The notes under the pieces: model-generated
The model's database searches: none
Told to the model about the DNA's origin: nothing
Seen by the model: only the letters and a program-made list of their open reading frames with translations
Part shown: piece by piece, positions 48,671-58,958 of the stretch
Position numbering within the stretch: the stretch's first letter is position 1
Layout of the letters: each line of letters starts with the position of its first letter
Assembly: GCA_964589825.1 (NCBI GenBank)
Contig: CAZPUS010000001.1
Coordinates: forward strand, 100,486-164,485
DNA: 64,000 bases
Direction of reading: 5' to 3'
DNA from: an uncultured Fibrobacterota bacterium
Lineage (GTDB): Bacteria > Fibrobacterota > Chitinivibrionia > Chitinivibrionales > WJKA01
Made by a program: the position numbers and the translations under genes

Positions 48671-50122
48671 TTACTTTTTTTTAGCCGGTTCATAATCTGA
48701 CTTGAGTATCCGCTTAATTGTTTCATTCTTCATCACAGGATTTTTTTCCTCAACACTAATATCATTCCACGCGGAAACGTACATTCTGCTCACTTGCTGA
48801 TACATGTCATTAAGCGGGATGGTAGTAAGCTTGTTATTCTCCATCTGACTGACCGAGGTTTTGTATATCGAGCCGACCCATCCCTGTTCAAAAACCTGTG
48901 GTACATTTCTAAGAATATCTTTTCGGACGGGTATCATACCAAATGTAGTGCTCTCTTTTGCATGGACGTCTTTGGAAGTAATGTATCTCATAAAGGAATA
49001 CGCCAGTTTCTTGTTTTTACTGGTTTTAGGGATACCCCACCACCATCCGCCGGTCGATATCTTTCTGGTTCCCTCGAATACGGGGGTCCCTTTATTATCC
49101 AATCTGAAAGATATCGCCTGAGGTACCATCGATAATCCCATGTCATCTTTTTCCGGCAGATATCCCGGCATAGGAGGATATTCTTCCCAGCCGTGAAGAT
49201 TAAAACAGTCGATCTGCTGCATATAGGCACAGTAAATCTTTCCGTCTTTGACCGCATTGTATATATCCGCACCTTTCCATTTTTCCTGCCAGATTCCGGG
49301 GTTATAAATACCAGCTTTTTTAAACGCATTCTCCCAGAGAAAGGTTTCTGCGACCTTTTCGCCTTTCATTTTCATAATCTCTTCAGTCGTCGCTCCCATC
49401 TGCAGCATTCTGTCAACAAAAAACAACGCAGTGCCACCATAATTTGCGCCGCGATGAGCAATACGCCCCATTTTTACATTATTATACTCCTCGTTGGCCC
49501 ATATATATCCTGCGGCAAACAAATCGTAAAAATCCCACTCTCCGGGATCTTCCTCAAACTCGTACCCTTCTGGCAGCCCCCCGCCATTCATTTTTCTCAA
49601 TGTATTATCTATTTCATTTTTATATGTTTCATATTTATCTACCGCATCCTTCACCTTCGATTTTCGGTAAAAGAATATCCTCGTTTCCAATTTTCTCGGG
49701 AGATAAAAAAGGGTGTCGTTAATAAAGCCCAAACCACTGGCCAGCTGATGGTATTCTGCAAGATCCATCATAATTTTCGCGCTGTCTTCTACCTTTTTCA
49801 AGGGTTCCATGTATCCCTTATCGGCCAAAACCCTTGTCATTTCGAACGGGGTTTTAACTATATCAATTTCCGGGTTATCTTTATCCTTCTCAAGCTTCAA
49901 CATTCTGTCGATATCCCACTGGTTTTCGAAATCGACTGTCCTCACCTTACATTTGTACTCATTTTCAAACGCGGGTAAAACCTCCTGGCGCAAATACCGT
50001 TCCTGGGCAGGCATCATTCTGAGTAATATAGTTAACTGAGGTTGTTCTGCTTTCTGGTTACACCCTAAGTAAACCAGCATCAATGATAAAACGCCACATA
50101 TTTTAAGAAGCCGACCCGGCAT
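48671..50122 (-). CDS. ABC solute-binding lipoprotein (CUT1)
   Basis: Lipobox YLGC; GGWWWGIP..SKNK..A..F..YITS; FGMIPVRK; operon position. Confidence 0.88.
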   Translation of the reverse strand: MPGRLLKICGVLSLMLVYLGCNQKAEQPQLTILLRMMPAQERYLRQEVLPAFENEYKCKVRTVDFENQWDIDRMLKLEKDKDNPEIDIVKTPFEMTRVLADKGYMEPLKKVEDSAKIMMDLAEYHQLASGLGFINDTLFYLPRKLETRIFFYRKSKVKDAVDKYETYKNEIDNTLRKMNGGGLPEGYEFEEDPGEWDFYDLFAAGYIWANEEYNNVKMGRIAHRGANYGGTALFFVDRMLQMGATTEEIMKMKGEKVAETFLWENAFKKAGIYNPGIWQEKWKGADIYNAVKDGKIYCAYMQQIDCFNLHGWEEYPPMPGYLPEKDDMGLSMVPQAISFRLDNKGTPVFEGTRKISTGGWWWGIPKTSKNKKLAYSFMRYITSKDVHAKESTTFGMIPVRKDILRNVPQVFEQGWVGSIYKTSVSQMENNKLTTIPLNDMYQQVSRMYVSAWNDISVEEKNPVMKNETIKRILKSDYEPAKKK

Positions 50123-50270
50123 ATGATCCTCCTACCTTTACAATGATAAAAATGACAGTAATTATCTTATTTATTCATTAAAGGGACTCACGCTTAATAC
50201 AAAGTCATGTCTCTTCCACAAGTAACGTGATATGCCCTTTATATATTGTGTAAATCCTCTCCGACTTAAA

Positions 50271-50444
50271 CCTAACTTGAGCGTTTTGGGTGGCGCAATC
50301 TGCTGCAATCCGCTCTACTCTTATATGCCCGGGTATATGCCCGGAAATCATAAAGGCAACCAGCAAGATTGCTCCATGATTTTCAAGAACATAATAGCAG
50401 CACGTCTCACAGCAGCTTTCATCAAAACAATCGCTCAATTGTGG
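50271..50444 (+). mobile_element. MITE-like element, best-preserved copy with a 5-bp TSD
   Basis: Imperfect TIRs CCTAACTTGAGC / GCTCAATTGTGG, flanked by TTAAA at 50266-50270 and 50445-50449; internal TATATGCCCGG duplication. Confidence 0.75.
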
Positions 50445-50552
50445 TTAAAAAAAGGATATTACCCCATAAACACGTCTGCACGGGAAAATATCCTTTACCA
50501 CTTAGCCTTACCACCTGTCCACGCCTAACTTTCAAAACGCCGTTTTACTTTG

Positions 50553-51854
50553 TCAGAAGCTGTATGTAACGCCAAATCTTGTAAAAAAATGGTGCTGCGG
50601 TCCGCTCACAAAATTTGTAAGAGTAAAGCAATTATCTTCGGCAACAATACAGTCAATTTTTAGCCTGTTTTCCACATTTGCGCCTATGCCAATACCAAGG
50701 AAATCATTTTTTGTTCCGTCAGCTTCCACATTTTCGGTCCATGTACCATCCTCTCCCTGTTTTACATATTTAAAGGTTTTGGACACCCCTGCCCGGAATA
50801 AAAACCAATTCCAAATAATATTACGCTCCAGTCCAAAGCTAAGTCTGGTGCCCATGGTTTTTCTTATATCGTTTCCGATTATACCACCTTCCTCGTCATC
50901 ATATAATATTTCAACTCCTGCCCAGCCGAAGCCTCTGTCGATATTCAGATTTGCACCCATTCCAATGTTTATACCGAGCTTTGTGTAATCCGCTAGATCA
51001 AAATAGGTAACTCCAAGTCTCGGTACGAATTTACCGTTAAGAACAACCAGATCGGAAAAAAGCCGTACACTTAGATCCGCGATAAAATCTGAACTGTCTG
51101 AAAAGCTGGCAAGTGTTTTATCCTCTAGCGTGGTGCCGGTTCCGCTGGTAACGGTATCCGTATACATTGCGTCTACTGCAGTAATCCCCAGTGACGCTTC
51201 AAGCGAGGTGGATGTTGCCAAAGGGGTATTGACACCTACATTTCCGCGTATATATCTCAGCCGTGCACCACTTGGGCTACCAATACCGGCGTTGTTATTT
51301 ACAATATACGCACCGCCACCAATCATTGTACCGCTTGGAAACGCATAGCTTCCTAAAAGATCTATCTTTCCAACAGGTTCGGGCATATAAATGCTGTCGC
51401 TACTGCCGGCTATCTTTTCGAATTCTTTTTCACCTTTAATGAAATAATCGAGATATTTGTCATACCTGTTAAGTGCAACACCTACGGAAAACATTGGATA
51501 TTGCATCATCTTTTCATTTTTTTTGTCTTCTTTAGAGGGTTTTGCAAGAGAATATGAAAGGATGCCACCGCCGTATTGTCGAATCGGATCTCTATTTTTT
51601 CTTTTCAAAGCAGCCAAATCATTGTTGTTATTTGATGACTGGTTATTTGACTCCTCCTCCTGTTCGGTAAAAATACCCCCTGAGCCGATAATCATATTCG
51701 GATATAAATTTGCATTTGCGGGATTACGAAATACGCTATAATCGTCTCTGAAAAAATTATCGTGTTTTCCCAAACCAATGATTCTCGATTCTGTCGCGTA
51801 ACTCATGGTAGCGCACGATATCATTACTGCTGCGACTGCTATCTTTTTCATCAT
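50553..51854 (-). CDS. Outer-membrane beta-barrel protein
   Basis: Signal peptide, alternating strands, C-terminal FGVTYSF (BAM-type Phe). Confidence 0.85.
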   Translation of the reverse strand: MMKKIAVAAVMISCATMSYATESRIIGLGKHDNFFRDDYSVFRNPANANLYPNMIIGSGGIFTEQEEESNNQSSNNNNDLAALKRKNRDPIRQYGGGILSYSLAKPSKEDKKNEKMMQYPMFSVGVALNRYDKYLDYFIKGEKEFEKIAGSSDSIYMPEPVGKIDLLGSYAFPSGTMIGGGAYIVNNNAGIGSPSGARLRYIRGNVGVNTPLATSTSLEASLGITAVDAMYTDTVTSGTGTTLEDKTLASFSDSSDFIADLSVRLFSDLVVLNGKFVPRLGVTYFDLADYTKLGINIGMGANLNIDRGFGWAGVEILYDDEEGGIIGNDIRKTMGTRLSFGLERNIIWNWFLFRAGVSKTFKYVKQGEDGTWTENVEADGTKNDFLGIGIGANVENRLKIDCIVAEDNCFTLTNFVSGPQHHFFTRFGVTYSF

Positions 51855-51921
51855 AGCATCCCCCTCTTTAAATAAGGATAACTAAAAATTGAACAAATCG
51901 TATTTACAGCAAAAAAGATAA

Positions 51922-53223
51922 TTATTGCGAAAACACGAATGGGTATTTTACCGTTGTTACATCACCAGGCTTGTCGATTTTACCAAAGTTCCATCTTTTT
52001 ATAATGGTAACAATTTTGTCCTCAAGCTGGCTATCATTTATGGTACTACTGACCACTTTACAAAAGATAACTTTTCCATATTCGTCAATGGAAAACTTGC
52101 ATATAATTTTACCACCGAGCCCCGGCTTATCTCGAAGTCTTCTGTTATACGCATACCGGAGTGCCGGAAGGTTCTGCATTACGACACGCCGAATGCTCGC
52201 TTTGCTTCGTCCTCCGCTGATGGCGCCACCCTGGGAGAAATCGGGCCGTGCCATTTCGAGTTTTTTACCGCTTTTTTTCAACCCAAGGGAACTCTCTTCA
52301 CCTCCCATAAGACTTCCAACCAAATCGTCTATACCACCGCTTCCCCCACCAAATCCGCTGCCGTATCCGGCTCCATATCCAATACCGGCAGCACCCTTTC
52401 TACCCGATCCGCCGCTTCCTCCGGATTTGAGTCCTCCCATTCCTTTGAGAACCGCATCAATACCCGAGGCAAAACCGCCTTTTCCGAACACATCTGCGGA
52501 AGCGACTGTTTTTCCTTTAACTTTTCCTGATATTATTCCAAGTACACCTTTTCGTGTTACGCGAGCTCTCGGATCTCCTCCACCACCGGTTTTACCTCCT
52601 GCCCCTTTTTTCTTCGTCTCTTTCATTTTCTTCTTTTCAGTCTCTATTTTCTCCTCTTCCTTCTCTTTTTCCTTTTTAATAAGCTCTTCTGGGATGCTTA
52701 CTGCCACTTTTGCTTTTCGCTGTTCGGGCATCTTCTCGTAAAAATCTGCTTTAATCTTGGTATATTCGTAATTCGAAACCCAGAATCCACATATAAGGCC
52801 TAGAATTATGCATACGATTTCAAGATTACGCAGTCGTTTATTCTCTTCAACATGAAATATATCTTTTCGCTGCGTCACCTTATTTGTGTATTCCTGATCC
52901 GTCAAAACCCTTCCATCTTCTTCGTCGTCGTCATCATCTGCCCGGCCAGTAGGCGTTGTTGCGGCAGAAACTGACGATGCACCGGCCTCAACCTCTTCAC
53001 CCGCCAGTTCAACAGTGCCAACCTCTGCACCAACACCTTCAAATTTTTCCTTGAGCGCAGCGGCTTCTTCTTCAGTCGCCTCTTTTTTTATGCATATATC
53101 TTTCTGCATCAATGCAGACTCTACCACACCTTTCTCGGTCCCGGACCATTTGGCGACTTCTTCTGCAATCGTCCGGGCACGCTGCGGATCTTCACACTTT
53201 TTAATAATTACTTTTGACTTCAT
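51922..53223 (-). CDS. AgmX/PglI (GltG-like) TonB-C-terminal-domain protein
   Basis: Cytoplasmic N-domain, one TM, K/E helix, Gly-rich linker, SIRRVV...LRYAYNRRLR..PGLGGK...F.I...G.V C-domain. Confidence 0.85.
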   Translation of the reverse strand: MKSKVIIKKCEDPQRARTIAEEVAKWSGTEKGVVESALMQKDICIKKEATEEEAAALKEKFEGVGAEVGTVELAGEEVEAGASSVSAATTPTGRADDDDDEEDGRVLTDQEYTNKVTQRKDIFHVEENKRLRNLEIVCIILGLICGFWVSNYEYTKIKADFYEKMPEQRKAKVAVSIPEELIKKEKEKEEEKIETEKKKMKETKKKGAGGKTGGGGDPRARVTRKGVLGIISGKVKGKTVASADVFGKGGFASGIDAVLKGMGGLKSGGSGGSGRKGAAGIGYGAGYGSGFGGGSGGIDDLVGSLMGGEESSLGLKKSGKKLEMARPDFSQGGAISGGRSKASIRRVVMQNLPALRYAYNRRLRDKPGLGGKIICKFSIDEYGKVIFCKVVSSTINDSQLEDKIVTIIKRWNFGKIDKPGDVTTVKYPFVFSQ

Positions 53224-53246
53224 GAGTAATAACCCTTATTTTGGGA

Positions 53247-53750
53247 TTAACCTTCTCTTTGCATAACAGCGAACCGCATGTTATTATATCCGACTTCACC
53301 ACACGTTCGCATCACTTTATACATCACATCGAACTCCATGTTCTTATCTATCTGCACAATCACGTTCCCCTCTACCTCGTTTTTCGCCCCCATCTTTACA
53401 AGCTGCTGCTCTTCAGCATAATACTTTTTCAGGGTTTCGGCAAGTTTGGGGATTATCTGTTTCACTTTTTCCTCAGACATATTACGGACCTCTTCTGTGG
53501 GCACAACCGGATCATGCTCCACAAGCAGCATGTCGTTTGTCACCTCAATCTGCAAATTCACTTCCTTTGGCTTTTTATCGGAAATGGAATTAGGCAGGAC
53601 AAGGTCTTCCGCATTTGTCAAAATATTACCTTCAGCCGAAAACTGTTTGAGAAGAAATACAACCATAATCGTAAACATATCCATCATAGGGGTTATATTC
53701 AACCCCCCCGGTTTTTTGACCTTAGTTGCTCTACCTCTTTGAATAGCCAT
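53247..53750 (-). CDS. ExbD/TolR family (AglQ/S-like)
   Basis: LNITPMMDMFTIMVVFLL with the conserved Asp; IVQIDK...YKVMRTC..GY. Confidence 0.92.
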   Translation of the reverse strand: MAIQRGRATKVKKPGGLNITPMMDMFTIMVVFLLKQFSAEGNILTNAEDLVLPNSISDKKPKEVNLQIEVTNDMLLVEHDPVVPTEEVRNMSEEKVKQIIPKLAETLKKYYAEEQQLVKMGAKNEVEGNVIVQIDKNMEFDVMYKVMRTCGEVGYNNMRFAVMQREG

Positions 53751-53752
53751 TA

Positions 53753-54559
53753 TCAGCTCCTCATTTTTGCGATTTCAATTTGAGGATATCCTGCCATACG
53801 TGCAGCATCCATTACCTGCACGATCTTATCGTACAGCACCTCATTTTCCGCTGCCACGATAATCCTATCCTTATCATCGGCATCCTTGAATCTCTCTTTG
53901 ATTTTCATCAAACGGCTTTTAAGCAAATCGTATGCCGAAAGCTTCTGCAAACTGTATTTCGACGGGTCCTTAATTACGATTGCATGGCGCGGGTGAGTGA
54001 TTACATATACAGAATCCCCAACGGAGACCTCTTTTAAAGGAGTCCCGTTAAAATCAGTGATAAGGTGCCCTCTCTGAGAATAGAGAGCTTTCTGCACTTC
54101 TTTGGTTTTTGGATCGATTACATACAGCCAGATATCGTAGCGTTCGTGAATGGTAAGTTTTCTTCCGGTTTGAGGATGCGTCGGTGTCTCCTCAGGTTTT
54201 TTCGGATTGTACTTAACAGTCATCTCTTCGCCGCCTTCTTTGGCGATGTAATGATGATACTCCTGGTACCAGATACTTGGCAAAAATCCACCCTTAGCGC
54301 CCATTGTAATCGCAGAATCGGTGATAATTGCAGTCAGCATCAGCTTATTCGCTTTTTCCTCTTTTGGCCTTTCCTTAACCGTCTGCTGTGTCTGAGAACC
54401 TCTTCCTTCAGGCAGATTAATCTCGATAATCGCGACTTTCGCGAACTCCGCCTGGAGCAGAAGAACCGGCACCAGCACCGCCATAATACACATAAATGGT
54501 ATAATATCTACATCTTTGGTTCCCGAGGATTTCTTTCGTCCTCTTTGTGCCATATTCAA
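53753..54559 (-). CDS. Long ExbD/TolR-family protein with an internal insertion
   Basis: DIIPFMCIMAVLVPVLL TM; C-terminal IIVAAE.EVLYDKIVQVMDAAR.AGY; ~120-aa insert. Confidence 0.85.
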   Translation of the reverse strand: MNMAQRGRKKSSGTKDVDIIPFMCIMAVLVPVLLLQAEFAKVAIIEINLPEGRGSQTQQTVKERPKEEKANKLMLTAIITDSAITMGAKGGFLPSIWYQEYHHYIAKEGGEEMTVKYNPKKPEETPTHPQTGRKLTIHERYDIWLYVIDPKTKEVQKALYSQRGHLITDFNGTPLKEVSVGDSVYVITHPRHAIVIKDPSKYSLQKLSAYDLLKSRLMKIKERFKDADDKDRIIVAAENEVLYDKIVQVMDAARMAGYPQIEIAKMRS

Positions 54560-54595
54560 CCCCTTGTTATACTATACATACTTCGTAAATGAGGC

Positions 54596-55225
54596 TTATT
54601 CTTCTACTATATTCATAAGCTTGGTGGTCTTTTCATCCATTTCTTCCGAAATTTTATCTGCACGACCACTCAACACACCATGAAGAAGAATGGTAGGAAC
54701 CGCCACAATAAGACCGAAAAGTGTAGTTGTCATAGCCACAGAAATACCAGATGCAAGTGCCTGTGCACGCTGCGCTGCAGGAACGTTTGCGACTGACTCA
54801 AATGCAAGCATCAGACCATAAATAGTTCCGGTAAGTCCCAGAAGAGTGGCAAGGTTCGCAAGAGTATTCAAAAGTGGCAGCATACGATTAATGCGCGGCG
54901 TCTCGGTAAGAAAAACTTCGTCAACCGATTTCTGCACCTGTTTGCGTCCCTGTTTGCGATTTTCAAGAACACTCGCAACACCTTTGGCCAATGGAGTATC
55001 GAGAGATTTTGCATATTTGAGTGCCTTGTCGTATTCACCAGCTTTGAGGTATTTGCCGATCGATCCCATAAAAGCAGCGTTTTTGCTCCCGCATTTAAAA
55101 TATAGAAACCAGACTCTCTCGATAACCAGTGCAAGAATAGCAGCCAGCACCAGAAGAATAACCCACATAATCGAGCTACCTGCGGAAGTGAAACCATCAA
55201 CAATAAAATGAAATAGCTTAAGCAT
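54596..55225 (-). CDS. MotA/TolQ/ExbB (AglR-like) proton-channel subunit
   Basis: Three TMs; ATLLGLTGTIYGLM.AF and GISVAM.TT.FGL.VAVP. Confidence 0.93.
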   Translation of the reverse strand: MLKLFHFIVDGFTSAGSSIMWVILLVLAAILALVIERVWFLYFKCGSKNAAFMGSIGKYLKAGEYDKALKYAKSLDTPLAKGVASVLENRKQGRKQVQKSVDEVFLTETPRINRMLPLLNTLANLATLLGLTGTIYGLMLAFESVANVPAAQRAQALASGISVAMTTTLFGLIVAVPTILLHGVLSGRADKISEEMDEKTTKLMNIVEE

Positions 55226-55328
55226 AACTCCTCCTTAAAAGTGTTAAAAATGCATAGGTGCATTAAATAATAGATAAAATATTTTTTTCCACGTACAATT
55301 TCAATAATAAATCAGACCTTTCGATCTA

Positions 55329-58300
55329 TTACTTCCATAACATCCAGAACTGCCACCACGGCTTACCCGTTTGATCCTCCTTTTCTACAGGCTTTTTATC
55401 AATTGATATTATCCTTTCTTCAGCTGCCACAGAGTCTGCAATCGCTGCAGAGTCCTGTGCAGCGGCCTGCTGAGCAGAATCAATCTCCGGCGTCCATTTT
55501 TCAATATCAACCTCTACAAACTCGGATGTTGGAGCGATATTTTCCAATCGAGCCTGCGTGCTGTCAAGCCACTCGTTTTCGGCAATTCCCAGCTGCTTTG
55601 CCACCCGAACCGCTTCTTCATATTTGGGTATCGATTGCTGGACTGCCTGCAGATTTTTATCCTGCAACTGTTCCTGATAAATGCGCCTTTCTTCTTTGTT
55701 GAACTCCCGGGGAATAGGCGCGTTAGCGAATGTCTGCCCCACACGTTCAAAAAGCTTGGCCCGTTCGAATGCACATTTCATGAGCATATCTTTGGACTGC
55801 TTAACGATATCGCTCGTAAAATTATCCTCATGCGCTTTCTTAATATTCCATTGAAATTGTTCGATCGCTTTCTGATAGTATTTATCCAATTGCATGAGTA
55901 TTTTAATTTTTCCGGCCACTTTTTCTGATTCGTTGCCGAACAGTGTCTGGTTTTCCATCGCGTTCGCCATCTGTACGAAGCTTTCTCCTATTCGGTAGGT
56001 CGAACGCATCACCCATTCACGTATACCCGTCTTGATAGCTTTTGTGTACTTCTCACCGACTTTCGAAAGCGCCTCGACCTTTTCTTCGACCTTTTGTTCA
56101 ACCGCACGTTCACTGCGTCCGGTAAGCGCGATATCATTGTATCGCTTCTGCAAAATCTCACCGATACGAAAATATGCTTTCGCGATTATGGTTTTGTCAT
56201 AATCCGCCTTGCGAGTAAACTTTTCGTACAGTGTAACAGCGCCGAGATAATTCTCGCGTGCCGCTTCGAGATTATCGAGCTTGAAATACGCATCTCCCGC
56301 TTGTACCAGCGCATGTGTCTGTTTCGCTTTATTATCGAAATTTTCGGCAAATTTGATATACGCGGCTGCGGCGTTTTCGTACTCTTCCATTTTTTCGTAG
56401 CACAGGCCGATTGAGTACGCGCCTTCGGAGGCCCATTCGCTTTCGGGATATTTTCCGGCAAGAATCTTGTATACGTGTATCGCTTTATTATAGGCATCCG
56501 CTTTTTCGTATACAAGACCGGCATTATAAAGCGCCTGTGGTGTACGGGGATCCTCACCGTAGCGTTTATATACCATTTCGAATACCTCACCCGCTTTCCG
56601 AGGCTTTTCAGCTTTCTGAAAGGACTCCGCTGCATGGGAAAGAGAGGGTATGGCATAATCGGCTGTGGGTATGGTATCTGCTGCCTCGATATATACCTGT
56701 GCAGCTTTTTCGTACGCCTCAATCTTTTTGTAATTTTCGGCAGCTCGAATAAATGAGCTTTCGAGCAATTTTACGGTCTTCATCCGTTTTTTCGAAAAAT
56801 TGACCGACATCTTCGCAAAGGTTTCTGCCGCCTTCTGCCAACTTTCCGCTTCTTCATACGCCGCACCCGCATCAAACCACGCATTGATGGCCACTTTTGT
56901 CTGCGGATATTTTGAATAAATAGTCTTAAACACATCCGCTGCACCGATATAATTGCGGTTTTTCTTCATTTCATCCGCTTTTGCATACATTGCACTTGCA
57001 GCCAACTCCGCGATATTCTGATAATCGGACTGACCTTTTTCCATAACCGCCATAAGACTGTCGTATCGCTGTATAGCGAGTTCGTAATTACCGAGTTTCA
57101 CGAATGCCTTGGCAAGCATCTTGTACGCATCGATAAATACATCAGCTTTTTTATAATGATCAACGATGGCCTGAAAATTATTTATAGCTTCTTCATAGCG
57201 CTGCGCAAGGTAATTGATGTTTCCCGCAGTATAAACAACCTTGGATACGTGCTCGCTTTCAGGAAACTTTTCTCTATATTTTTCGATAAGACTGAGCATT
57301 TTCTGCGTAACCGGCAACTCATACGCTTCTTTGTCATCAAGTTTTTTATCCGCTTTTATCTTTTTTCGCTGCGTATTAAGCGCCACTATTGCATTATACC
57401 CCGCATCTTTCTGAGGTATTACATTTGGCCCTTTTTTCTGTTTTTTCTGCTTTTTCTTCTCGTACTCGACCGCATCCTGGTAGGCAAAACTGTCTACCTT
57501 TGCCTTGTATTCAGGAAAGGTCGATATTTCCGCCATTGCAACTTCCCAGAAATAATCGGCAGCCTTCTCGTATTGTTTCAGCGTATGATATATTTCAGCA
57601 CTATAATACGTAAACTCGTAATTCTGCCATTTCTCCTCAGGAAACCGCTCCATGTAATCGTGATATCGCTCAAGTGCTTTTTTATAAAGGGAACGCTTTT
57701 TTTCCTTCTGCGCCATTGAATGATAGTAAACTCCCATATTGTACAATGCGCTTTTGACGTGTTCCCTGGATCTATCGATCACCGCTTTTTCATTACTGTT
57801 TTTCTCGTACCATTCGGTTCCGGATTTGTAATTATCAACCAGTATTTTGCGTTGCTCGTTCGCTTTTTCCGGTTTTTTCTGAATCATATAACATTCTATA
57901 AGCTTCTGTCGCGCAATCGGCGCTTCCCGGTAATACGGGTATTTTTCCAAGGCCGTATGAAACGCCTCTATCGCCTTGTCATACTGTCCGTGCTTGCGGT
58001 TTTTGAAACCGATGGTATACATCACATAGGCTTCGTAGGGCCGGTGCCCTACCTTTTTAAAAAACTTAACCGCACGTTCCGGACCGTTTGGAATATCGGA
58101 AAATGAAATCGCGAGAAATTCCTTTGCCTCGCCAATAAACTCCTTCTTGATGTATTCCCCTGAATTGCATTTTTCAATATAAGTGAAGAAAAGATCTATA
58201 GCTTTGTCGAACGCTGCCTGATTATAATACATTTCCGCCTTACGATAATGCGTCATCTCCCATACTTCTATGTTAACATCTTTTTCTTCAACTTTTTCCA

Positions 58301-58958
58301 AATGCTTAATAGCCTTGGGATAATCTCGCTGGTTATAATAATAATCAGCAAGATGGAAATGAGCATACGAGGCTCTCGGACTCTGCGGCCATTCTTTAAC
58401 GAGCTCTTCATACGCTTCGGCCGCCCGGTCGAACTGTCCGCTTAAAAGACTTATATGTCCTATCTGGTAAGCAGCTTCATCGCCTTTTTCATAATCGGGA
58501 TATTCTTCGAGCACACGGTTATACATCTCAAACGCTTTTGAATAATCAGGTTTTGGATTTTGAGGCCGTGGTCCCTGCTGAGTCCGCTCCCACTCATCCA
58601 TAGCCTTGCTGAACTCTTTTTGGGCTTCTATAAAGTCACTTTTTGCCTTTTTGTAATACAACTTGCCCAATGTTATCAATACCCGTGCACAGCGAGTGTT
58701 TTTTTTCTGATCGCAGCCCTGAGCAATATTTTCGTATTTTGCAATAACCTCGCTGTAATCCTGATCAGCCTGCACCTCCTGCTCAAGCTTCTGCTGCATA
58801 TCCTGGTTAAGCTCCTGTTTTTTGCGTTTGAGCGCTTCCAGCTTTCGCTTCAGTTTTTCTTCCTTGGATAATCCGTACGATGTTGACGCTGCACCGAATA
58901 CCAGTACAACGCACATGAATAATCTTGCGTATCCGGCTAACTTTTTATTGAGTCTCAT
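55329..58958 (-). CDS. Large exported TPR protein (AgmU/GltD-like)
   Basis: 1209 aa, signal peptide, many TPRs; directly upstream of the exbB/exbD/exbD/gltG-like genes. Confidence 0.85.
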   Translation of the reverse strand: MRLNKKLAGYARLFMCVVLVFGAASTSYGLSKEEKLKRKLEALKRKKQELNQDMQQKLEQEVQADQDYSEVIAKYENIAQGCDQKKNTRCARVLITLGKLYYKKAKSDFIEAQKEFSKAMDEWERTQQGPRPQNPKPDYSKAFEMYNRVLEEYPDYEKGDEAAYQIGHISLLSGQFDRAAEAYEELVKEWPQSPRASYAHFHLADYYYNQRDYPKAIKHLEKVEEKDVNIEVWEMTHYRKAEMYYNQAAFDKAIDLFFTYIEKCNSGEYIKKEFIGEAKEFLAISFSDIPNGPERAVKFFKKVGHRPYEAYVMYTIGFKNRKHGQYDKAIEAFHTALEKYPYYREAPIARQKLIECYMIQKKPEKANEQRKILVDNYKSGTEWYEKNSNEKAVIDRSREHVKSALYNMGVYYHSMAQKEKKRSLYKKALERYHDYMERFPEEKWQNYEFTYYSAEIYHTLKQYEKAADYFWEVAMAEISTFPEYKAKVDSFAYQDAVEYEKKKQKKQKKGPNVIPQKDAGYNAIVALNTQRKKIKADKKLDDKEAYELPVTQKMLSLIEKYREKFPESEHVSKVVYTAGNINYLAQRYEEAINNFQAIVDHYKKADVFIDAYKMLAKAFVKLGNYELAIQRYDSLMAVMEKGQSDYQNIAELAASAMYAKADEMKKNRNYIGAADVFKTIYSKYPQTKVAINAWFDAGAAYEEAESWQKAAETFAKMSVNFSKKRMKTVKLLESSFIRAAENYKKIEAYEKAAQVYIEAADTIPTADYAIPSLSHAAESFQKAEKPRKAGEVFEMVYKRYGEDPRTPQALYNAGLVYEKADAYNKAIHVYKILAGKYPESEWASEGAYSIGLCYEKMEEYENAAAAYIKFAENFDNKAKQTHALVQAGDAYFKLDNLEAARENYLGAVTLYEKFTRKADYDKTIIAKAYFRIGEILQKRYNDIALTGRSERAVEQKVEEKVEALSKVGEKYTKAIKTGIREWVMRSTYRIGESFVQMANAMENQTLFGNESEKVAGKIKILMQLDKYYQKAIEQFQWNIKKAHEDNFTSDIVKQSKDMLMKCAFERAKLFERVGQTFANAPIPREFNKEERRIYQEQLQDKNLQAVQQSIPKYEEAVRVAKQLGIAENEWLDSTQARLENIAPTSEFVEVDIEKWTPEIDSAQQAAAQDSAAIADSVAAEERIISIDKKPVEKEDQTGKPWWQFWMLWK

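Noticed and set aside
50291-50307. Sigma-54 promoter inside the repeat (TGGCGC...TGCA)
   Set aside because: The GG-to-GC spacing is 11 rather than the obligatory 10, and the GG is not conserved in other copies.
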